64,000 nt of DNA, taken from contig OZ024742.1 in assembly GCA_964016885.1 (NCBI GenBank), positions 166,036,001 through 166,100,000 on the forward strand, in the 5' to 3' direction. The translations under genes were made by a program, and so were the position numbers. Position 1 is the stretch's first letter. The number at the start of each line of letters is the position of its first letter. Shown in pieces: positions 54,701 through 64,000 of the stretch. The notes below the pieces were generated by a model. It did no database searches and was not told where the DNA came from. It worked only from the letters and a program-made list of their open reading frames with translations. This stretch comes from Eledone cirrhosa. Its lineage: Eukaryota.

Positions 54701-57300
54701 CAGCTGTCCAAGGGGAGGTAATATCTAGCCGTCCAAGGGGAGATAATTTCCAGCCGTCCAAGGGGAGATAATTTCCAGCCGTCCAAGGGTAGATAATATC
54801 CAGCCGTCCAAGGAGACATATTTTCCAGCCGTCCAAGGAGAGGTAATTTCTAGCCGTCCAAGTGGAGATAAATTCCAGCCTCCAAGGGGAGATAATTTCC
54901 AGCCAGCCAAGGGGAGATAATTTGTAAAAAAATCAGGGGGAGATAATTTGTAAAAAAAATCAGGGGGAGATAATTTGTAAAAAAAAATCAGGGGGAGATA
55001 ATTTGTAAAAAAAATCAGGGGGAGATAATTTGTAAAAAAAATCAAGGGGAGATAATTTCCAACCGTCCAAGGGGAGATAATTTTCAGCCGTCCAAGGGGA
55101 GATAATTTCCCGCCAGCCAAGGGAAGATAATATTTAAAAAATGAGGCGGAGATAATTTGTAAAAAAAAATCAGGGGTAGATAATTTGTAAAAAAAATCAG
55201 GGGGAGATAATTTGTAAAAAAAATCAAGGGGAGATAATTTCCAGCCGTCCAAGGAGAGATAATTTTAAAAAAAAATCAGGCGGAGATAATTTGTAAAAAA
55301 AAATCAGGGGGAGATAATTTGTAAAAAAAAATCAGGGGGAGATAATTTGTAAAAAAAATCAAGGGGAGATAATTTCCAGCCGTCCAAGGGGAGATAATTT
55401 TCAGCCGTCCAAGGGGAGATAATTTCCAGCCGTCCAAGGGGAGATAATTTAAAAAAAAAATCAGGGGTAGATAATTTGTAAAAAAAAATCAGGGGGAGAT
55501 AATTTGTAAAAAAAAATCAGGGGGAGATAATTTGTAAAAAAAATCAAGGGGAGATAATTTGCAACCGTCCAAGGGGACATAATTTTCAGTCGTCCAAGGA
55601 GAGGTAATTTCTAGCCGTACAAGGGGAGATAATTTCCAGCCGTCCAAGGGGAGATAATTTCCAGCCGTCCAAGGGGAGATAATTTTTTTTAAAAAATCAG
55701 GCGGAGATAATTTGTAAAAAAAAAATCAGGGGGAGATAATTTGTAAAAAAAAATCAGGGGGAGATAATTTGTAAAAAAAAATCAGGGGGAGATAATTTGT
55801 AAAAAAAATCAAGGGGAGATAATTTCCAGCCGTCCAAGGGAAGATAATTTCCAGCCCTCCAAGGGGCTATAATTTCCAGCGTCCAAGGGGAGATAATTTC
55901 CAGCCAGCGAAGGGGAGATAATTGTTTTAAAAAAATCATTGGGAGATTTGTAAAAAAAATCAGGGGGAGATAATTAATAAAAAAAATCAAGGGGAGATAA
56001 TTTCCAGCCGTCCAAGGGGAGGTAATATCTAGCCGTCCAAGGAGAGATAATTTCCAGCCGTCCAAGGGGAGATAATTTCCAGCCGTCCAAGGGTAGATAA
56101 TATCCAGCCGTCCAAGGAGACATATTTTCCAGCCGTCCAAGGAGAGGTAATTTCTAGCCGTCCAAGGGGAGATAAATTCCAGCCTCCAAGGGGAGATAAT
56201 TTCCAGCCAGCCAAGGGGAGATAATTTGTAAAAAAATCAGGGGGAGATAATTTGTAAAAAAAATCAGGGGTAGATAATTTGTAAAAAAAAATCAGGGGGA
56301 GATAATTTGTAAAAAAAATCAAGGGGAGATAATTTCCAGCCGTCCAAGGAGAGATAATTTAAAAAAAAAATCAGGCGGAGATAATTTGTAAAAAAAAATC
56401 AGGGGGAGATAATTTGTAAAAAAAAATCAGGGGGAGATAATTTGTAAAAAAAATCAAGGGGAGATAATTTCCAGCCGTCCAAGGGGAGAAAATTTCCAGC
56501 CGTCCAAGGGGAGATAATTTTTTTAAAAAAATCAGGCGGAGATAATTTGTAAAAAAAATCAGGGGGAGATAATTTGTAAAAAAAAATCAGGGGGAGATAA
56601 TTTGTAAAAAAAAATCAGGGGGAGATAATTTCCAGCCGTCCAAGGTAAGATAATTTCCAGCCCTCCAAGGGGCTATAATTTCCAGCATCCAAGGGGAGAT
56701 AATTTCCAGCCGTCCAAGGGTAGATAATATCCAGCCGTCCAAGTAGACATATTTTCCAGCCGTCCAAGGAGAGGTAATTTCTAGCCGTCCAAGGGGAGAT
56801 AAATTCCAGCCTCCAAGGGGAGATAATTTCCAGCCAGCCAAGGGGAGATAATTTGTAAAAAAATCAGGGGGAGATAATTTGTAAAAAAAAATCAGGGGGA
56901 GATAATTTCCAGCCGTCCAAGGGGAGATAATTTTCAGCCGTCCAAGGGTAGATAATATCCAGCCGTCCAAGTAGACATTTTCCAGCCGTCCAAGGAGAGG
57001 TAATTTCTAGCCGTCCAAGGGGAGATAAATTCCAGCCTCCAAGGGGAGATAATTTCCAGCCAGCCAAGGGGAGATAATTTGTAAAAAAATCAGAGGGAGA
57101 TAATTTGTAAAAAAAATCAGGGGGAGATAATTTGTAAAAAAAAATCAGGGGGAGATAATTTGTAAAAAAAAATCAGGGGGAGATAATTTGTAAAAAAAAA
57201 TCAGGGGGAGATAATTTGTAAAAAAAATCAAGGAGAGATAATTTCCAGCCGTCCAAGGGGAGATAATTTTCAGCCGTCGAAGGGGAGATAATTTCCAGCC
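45740..57300 (+). repeat. Tandem duplicate of 33.77-45.74 kb (period 11,974, falling to 11,547)
   Basis: 34048->46022, 35439->47413 and 37328->49302 are +11,974, 38854->50529 is +11,675, and 43178->54725 is +11,547. Private SNPs are shared at ~40576/52250 and ~45732/57279. Confidence 0.9.
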
Positions 57301-60150
57301 GTCCAAGGGGAGATAATTTCCATCCTTCCAAGGGGAGATAATTTCCAGCCGTCCAAGGGGAGATAATTTTCAGCCGTCCAAGGGGAGATAATTTCCCGCC
57401 AGCCAAGGGAAGATAATATTTTAAAAAATCAGGCGGAGATAATTTGTAAAAAAAATCAGGGGGAGATAATTTGTAAAAAAATCAGGGGGAGATAATTTGT
57501 AAAAAAAAAATCAGGGGAAGATAATTTGTAAAAAAAATCAGGGGGAGATAATTTGTAAAAAAAAATCAGGGGTAGATAATTTGTAAAAAAAAATCAGGGG
57601 GAGATAATTTGTAAAAAAAAATCAGGGGGAGATAATTTGTAAAAAAAATCAGGGGGAGATAATTTGTAAAAAAAAATCAGGGGGAGATAATTTCCGGCCG
57701 TCCAAGGGGAGATAATTTTCAGCCGTCCAAGGGGAGATAATTTCCCGCCAGCCAAGGGAAGATAATATTTAAAAAAATCAGGCGGAGATAATTTGTAAAA
57801 AAAATCAGGGGGAGATAATTTGTAAAAAAATCAGGGGGAGATAATTTGTAAAAAAAATCAAGGGGAGATAATTTCCAGCCGTCCAAGGGGAGGTAATATC
57901 TAACCGTCCAAGGGGAGATAATTTCCAGCCGTCCAAGAGGAGATAATTTCCAGCCGTCCAAGGGTAGATAATATCCAGCCGTCCAAGGAGACATATTTTC
58001 CAGCCGTCCAAGGAGAGGTAATTTCTAGCCGTCCAAAGGGAGATAAATTCCAGCCTCCAAGGGGAGATAATTTCCAGCCAGCCAAGGGGAGATAATTTGT
58101 AAAAAAAATCAGGGGGAGATAATTTGTAAAAAAAATCAGGGGGAGATAATTTGTAAAAAAAATCAGGGGGAGATAATTTGTAAAAAAAAAATCAGGGGGA
58201 GATAATTTGTAAAAAAAATCAGGGGGAGATGATTTGTAAAAAAAAATCAGGGGTAGATAATTTGTAAAAAAAAATCAGGGGGAGATAATTTGTAAAAAAA
58301 AATCAGGGGGAGATAATTTGTAAAAAAAATCAAGGGGAGATAATTTCCAGCCGTCGAAGGGAAGATAATTTCCAGCCCTCCAAGGGGCTATAATTTCCAG
58401 CGTCCAAGGGGAGATAATTTCCAGCCGTCCAAGGGGAGATAATTTCCAGCCGTCCAAGGGTAGATAATATCCAGCCGTCCAAGTAGACATTTTCCAGCCG
58501 TCCAAGGAGAGGTAATTTCTAGCCGTCCAAGGGGAGATAAATTCCAGCCTCCAAGGGGAGATAATTTCCAGCCAGCCAAGGGAAGATAATTTGTAAAAAA
58601 ATCAGGGGGAGATAATTTGTAAAAAAAATCCGGGGGAGATAATTTGTAAAAAAAAATCAGGGGGAGATAATTTGTAAAAAAAAATCAGGGGGAGATAATT
58701 TGTAAAAAAAATCAGGGGGAGATAATTTGTAAAAAAAATCAAGGGGAGATAATTTCCAGCCGTCCAAGGGGAGATAATTTTCAGCCGTCCAAGGGGAGAT
58801 AATTTCCAGCCGTCCAAGGGGAGATAATTTCCATCCTTCCAAGGGGAGATAATTTCCAGCCGTCCAAGGGGAGATAATTTTCAGCCGTCCAAGGGGAGAT
58901 AATTTCCCGCCAGCCAAGGGAAGATAATATTTTAAAAAATCAGGCGGAGATAATTTGTAAAAAAAATCAGGGGGAGATAATTTGTAAAAAAATCAGGGGG
59001 AGATAATTTGTAAAAAAAAAATCAGGGGGAGATAATTTGTAAAAAAAATCAGGGGGAGATAATTTGTAAAAAAAAATCAGGGGTAGATAATTTGTAAAAA
59101 AAAATCAGGGGGAGATAATTTGTAAAAAAAAAATCAGGGGGAGGTAATTTGTAAAAAAAATCAAGGGGAGATAATTTCCAGCCGTCCAAGGAGAGATAAT
59201 TTTTAAAAAAAATCAGGCGGAGATAATTTGTAAAAAAAAATCAAGGGGAGATAATTTGTAAAAAAAAATCAAGGGGAGATAATTTCCAGCCGTCCAAGGG
59301 AAGATAATTTCCAGCACTCCAAGGGGCTATAATTTCCAGTGTCCAAGGGGAGATAATTTCCAGCCAGCGAAGGGGAGATAATTTTTTTAAAAAAATCAGG
59401 GGGAGATATGTAAAAAAAATCAGAGGGAGATAATTTCTAAAAAAAATCAAAGGGAGATAATTTCCAGCCGTCCAAAGAGAGATAATTTCTAGCCGTCCAA
59501 GGGGAGATAATTTCCAGCCAAGGGGAGATAATTTCCAGCCGTCCAAGGGGAGATAATTATTTAAAAAATCAGGTGGAGATAATTTGTAAAAAAAAAATCA
59601 AGGGCAGATAATTTCCAGCTGTCCAAGGGGAGATAATTTCCAGCAGTGCAAGGGGAGATAATTTCCAGCCGTCCAAGGGGAGATAATTTCCATTCTTCCA
59701 AGGGGAGATAATGTCCAGCCGTCCAAGGGGAGATAATTTCCCGCCAGCCAAGGGAAGATAATTTTTAAAAAAATCAGGCGGAGATTGTAAAAAAAATCAG
59801 GGGGAGATAATTTGTAAAAAAAAAATCAGGGGGAGATAATTTGTAAAAAAATCAGGGGTAGATAATTTGTAAAAAAAAATCAGGGGGAGATAATTTGTAA
59901 AAAAAAATCAGGGGGAGATAATTTCTAAAAAAATCAAGGGGAGATAATATGCAGCCGTCCAAGGGGAGATAATTTTCAGCCGTCCAAGGAGAGGTAATTT
60001 CTAGCCGTCCAAGGGGAGATAATTTCCAGCCGTCCAAGGGGAGATAATTTCCAGCCGTCCAAGGGGAGGTAATATCTAGCCGTCCAAGGGGAGATAATTT
60101 CCAGCCGTCCAAGGGGAGATAATTTCCAGCCGTCCAAGGGTAGATAATAT
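56650..60150 (+). repeat. Higher-order module X copy
   Basis: Matches 18.4-21.9 kb (19456->57719 and 20978->59241, both +38,263). Confidence 0.85.
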
Positions 60151-63100
60151 CCAGCCGTCCAAGTAGACATATTATCCAGCCGTCCAAGGAGAGGTAATTT
60201 CTAGCCGTCCAAGGGGAGATAAATTCCAGCCTCCAAGGGGAGATAATTTCCAGCCAGCCAAGGGGAGATAATTTGTAAAAAAAATCAGGGGGAGATAATT
60301 TGTAAAAAAAATCAGGGGGAGATAATTTGTAAAAAAAAATCAGGGGGAGATAATTTGTAAAAAAAATCAGGGGGAGATAATTTGTAAAAAAAAATCAGGG
60401 GGAGATAATTTGTAAAAAAAAATCAGGGGGAGATAATTTGTAACAAAAAATCAGGGGGAGATAATTTGTAAAAAAAATCAAGGGGAGATAATTTCCAGCC
60501 GTCCAAGGGGAGATAATTTCCAGCCGTCCAAGGGGAGGTAATATCTAGCCGTCCAAGGGGAGATAATTTCCAGCCGTCCAAGAGGAGATAATTTCCAGCC
60601 GTCCAAGGGAAGATAATTTCAAGCCCTCCAAGGGGCTATAATTTCCAGTGTCCAAGGGGAGATAATTTCCAGCCAGCGAAGGGGAGATAATTTTTTTTTA
60701 AAAATCAGGGGGAGATTTGTAAAAAAAATCAGGGGTAGAAAATTTGTAAAAAAAATCAAGGGGAGATAATTTCCAGCCGTCGAAGGGAAGATAATTTCCA
60801 GCCCTCCAAGGGGCTATAATTTCCAGCGTCCAAGGGGAGATAATTTCCAGCCAGCGAAGGGGAGATAATTTTTTTAAAAAAATCATTGGGAGATTTGTAA
60901 AAAAAATCAGGGAGAGATAATTTGTAAAAAAAATCAAGGGGAGATAATTTCCAGCCGTCCAAGGGGAGGTAATATCTAGCCGTCCAAGGGGAGATAATTT
61001 CCAGCCGTCCAAGGGGAGATAATTTCCAGCCGTCCAAGGGTAGATAATATCCAGCCGTCCAAGTAGACATTTTCCAGCCGTCCAAGGAGAGGTAATTTCT
61101 AGCCGTCCAAGGGGAGATAAATTCCAGCCTCCAAGGGGAGATAATTTCCAGCCAGCCAAGGGGAGATAATTTGTAAAAAAATCAGGGGGAGATAATTTGT
61201 AAAAAAAATCAGGGGGAGATAATTTGTAAAAAAAAATCAGGGGGAGATAATTTGTAAAAAAAAATCAGGGGGAGATAATTTGTAAAAAAAAATCAGGGGG
61301 AGATAATTTGTAAAAAAAATCAAGGGGAGATAATTTCCAGCCGTCCAAGGGGAGATAATTTTCAGCCGTCCAAGGGGAGATAATTTCCAGCCGTCCAAGG
61401 GGAGATAATTTCCATCCTTCCAAGGGGAGATAATTTCCAGCCAACCAAGGGAAGATAATTTTTAAAAAAATCAGGCGGAGATTGTAAAAAAAATCAGGGG
61501 GAGATAATTTGTAAAAAAATCAGGGGGAGATAATTTGTAAAAAAAAAATCAGGGGGAGATAATTTGTAAAAAAAATCAGGGGGAGATAATTTGTAAAAAA
61601 AAATCAAGGGGAGATAATTTGTACAAAAAATCAGGGGTATATAATTTGTAAAAAAAAATCAGGGGGAGATAATTTGTAAAAAAAAATCAGGGGGAGATAA
61701 TTTGTAAAAAAAATCAAGGGGAGATAATTTGCAGCCGTCCAAGGGGAGATAATTTTCAGCCGTCCAAGGAGAGGTAATTTCTAGCCGTCCAAGGTGAGAT
61801 AATATCCAGCCGTCCAAGGGGAGATAATTTCCAGCCGTCCAAGGGGAGATAATTTAAAAAAAAAACAGGCGAAGATAATTTGTAAAAAAAAATCAGGGGG
61901 AGATAATTTGTAAAAAAAATCAGGGGGAGGTAATTTGTAAAAAAAATCAAGGGGAGATAATTTCCAGCCGTCCAAGGGAAGATAATTTCCAGCCCTCCAA
62001 GGGGCTATAATTTCCAGCGTCCAAGGGGAGATAATTTCCAGCCACCGAAGGGGAGATAATTTTTTTTTTTTTAAATCAGGGGGACATAATTTGTAAAAAA
62101 AAATCAGGGGGAGATAATTTGTAAAAAAAATCTAGGGGAGATAATTTGTAAAAAAAAATCAGGGTGAGATAATTTGTAAAAAAAAATCAGGGGGAGATAA
62201 TTTGTAAAAAAAATTAAGGGGAGATAATTTGTAAAAAAAATCAAGGGGAGATAATTTCCAGCCGTCCAAGGAGAGGTAATTTCTAGACGTCCAAGGGGAG
62301 ATAATTTCCAGCCGTCCAAGGGGAGATAATTTCCAGCCGTCCAAGGGTAGATAATATCCAGCCGTCCAAGGAGGCATATTTTCCAGCTTTCCAAGGAGAG
62401 GTAATTTCTAGCCGTCCAAGGGGAGATAAATTCCAGCCTCCAAGGGGAGATAATTTCCAGCCAGCCAAGGGGAGATAATTTGTAAAAAAAATCAGGGGGA
62501 GATAATTTGTAAAAAAAATCAGGGGGAGATAATTTGTAAAAAAAATCAGGGGGAGATAATTTCCAGCCGTCCAAGGGGAGATAATTTTCAGCCGTCCAAG
62601 GGGAGATAATTTCCCGCCAGCCAAGGGAAGATAATATTTAAAAAATGAGGCGGAGATAATTTGTAAAAAAAATCAGGTGGAGATAATTTGTAAAAAAATC
62701 AGGGGGAGATAATTTGTAAAAAAAAAATCAGGGGGAGATAATTTGTAAAAAAAATCAGGGGGAGATAATTTCCAGCCGTCCAAGGGGAGATAATTTTCAG
62801 CCGTCCAAGGGGAGATAATTTCCCGCCAGCCAAGGGAAGATAATATTTAAAAAATGAGGCGGAGATAATTTGTAAAAAAAATCAGGTGGAGATAATTTGT
62901 AAAAAAATCAGGGGGAGATAATTTGTAAAAAAAAAATCAGGGGGAGATAATTTGTAAAAAAAATCAGGGGGAGATAATTTGTAAAAAAAAATCAGGTGTA
63001 GATAATTTGTAAAAAAAAATCAGGGGGAGATAATTTGTAAAAAAAATCAGGGGGAGATAATTTATAAAAAAAATCAAGGGGAGATAATTTCCAGCCGTCC

Positions 63101-64000
63101 AAGGGAAGATAATTTCAAGCCCTCCAAGGGGCTATAATTTCCAGTGTCCAAGGGGAGATAATTTCCAGCCAGCGAAGGGGAGATAATTTTTTTTTTTAAA
63201 TCAGGGGGAGATTTGTAAAAAAAATCAGGGGGAGATAATTTGTAAAAAAAATCAAAGGGAGATAATTTCCAGCCGTCCAAAGAGATAATTTCTAGCCGTC
63301 CAAGGGGAGATAATTTCGAGCCAAGGGGAGATAATTTCCAGCCGTCCAAGGGGAGATAATTTCCATCCTTCCAAGGGGAGATAATTTCCAGCCGTCCAAG
63401 GGGAGATAATTTCCCGCCAGCCAAGGGAAGATAATTTTTTAAAAAATCAGGCGGAGATTGTAAAAAAAATCAGGGGGAGATAATTTGTAAAAAAATCAGG
63501 GGGAGATAATTTGTAAAAAAATCAAGGGGAGATAATTTCCAGCTGTCCAAGGGGAGGTAATATCTAGCCGTCCAAGGGGAGATAATTTCCAGCCGTCCAA
63601 GGGGAGATAATTTCCAGCCGTCCAAGGGTAGATAATATCCAGCCGTCCAAGGAGACATATTTTCCAGCCGTCCAAGGAGAGGTAATTTCTAGCCGTCCAA
63701 GTGGAGATAAATTCCAGCCTCCAAGGGGAGATAATTTCCAGCCAGCCAAGGGGAGATAATTTGTAAAAAAATCAGGGGGAGATAATTTGTAAAAAAAATC
63801 AGGGGGAGATAATTTGTAAAAAAAAATCAGGGGGAGATAATTTGTAAAAAAAATCAGGGGGAGATAATTTGTAAAAAAAATCAAGGGGAGATAATTTCCA
63901 ACCGTCCAAGGGGAGATAATTTTCAGCCGTCCAAGGGGAGATAATTTCCCGCCAGCCAAGGGAAGATAATATTTAAAAAATGAGGCGGAGATAATTTGTA
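60150..64000 (+). repeat. Partial module Y copy (Y2-type markers), entered mid-module and truncated by the window end
   Basis: 6007->60698 and 7414->62104 (+54,690/1). It carries the Y2-type TTCGAGCCAAGGGG at ~63315 and the 210-bp internal duplication. Confidence 0.85.

Larger units (their letters stand above)
1..64000 (+). repeat. Complex two-monomer satellite DNA array (25-bp A monomer and 26-29-bp B monomer) filling the whole window and running off both ends
   Basis: The core GGGGAGATAATTT or a close variant recurs every ~21-29 bp from base 1 to 64000, always in the same orientation. No non-repeat sequence was found. Confidence 0.99.

Noticed and set aside
96-63959. Numerous minus-strand ORFs of 60-188 aa
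   Set aside because: They are translations of the repeat, overlap in several frames, mostly begin at TTG/CTG-type starts, and are frameshifted by poly-A length changes. There is no frame preservation or recognisable domain.
1-64000. CRISPR-like array (constant core plus linker)
   Set aside because: Linkers are only 9-13 bp and of two recurring types, not unique 25-45-bp spacers. The core is 16 bp, and there is no leader or cas gene.
1-64000. Canonical telomerase-made telomere repeat
   Set aside because: There is no TTAGGG-like short unit, and rare variants are copied faithfully over multi-kb blocks, which de novo templated synthesis would not produce.
1-64000. Poly-A length variation as sequencing error
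   Set aside because: Tract-length series are reproduced exactly between distant copies (for example 3945-4120 versus 11565-11740), so most of the variation is genuine.
1-64000. Plasmid iterons or a replication origin
   Set aside because: Iteron clusters span a few hundred bp next to a rep gene. This array is at least 64 kb and has no gene.

Overview
The whole 64 kb window is one uninterrupted, head-to-tail, single-orientation tandem repeat (satellite-type) array. I saw no unique sequence, credible gene, RNA gene, transposon insertion or inversion. It is built from two short monomers that share a 16-bp core, CA(A/G)GGGGAGATAATTT. Monomer A is 25 bp, CCAGCCGTCCAAGGGGAGATAATTT (13/25 GC). Monomer B is 26-29 bp, GT(A)7-10TCAGGGGGAGATAATTT (8/27 GC for the A8 form). 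Runs of A and runs of B alternate, and 64,000/~26 bp gives roughly 2,400-2,500 monomers. Above the monomer level there is a nested hierarchy: (i) stereotyped, ordered cassettes of variant monomers (100-150 bp), (ii) conserved poly-A length patterns, (iii) two large modules, X (~3.4 kb) and Y (~7.6-7.7 kb, with subtypes Y1 and Y2), and (iv) near-identical duplications at offsets of about 3.26, 4.93, 7.6-7.7, 11.5-12.0, 18.5 and 26.6 kb. All ORFs in the track are minus-strand translations of the repeat and are judged spurious. The organisation suggests eukaryotic centromeric, pericentromeric or subtelomeric satellite DNA, but the organism and function cannot be determined from the sequence. Block boundaries were placed by eye and from ORF-track offsets and are approximate (about +/-100 bp).
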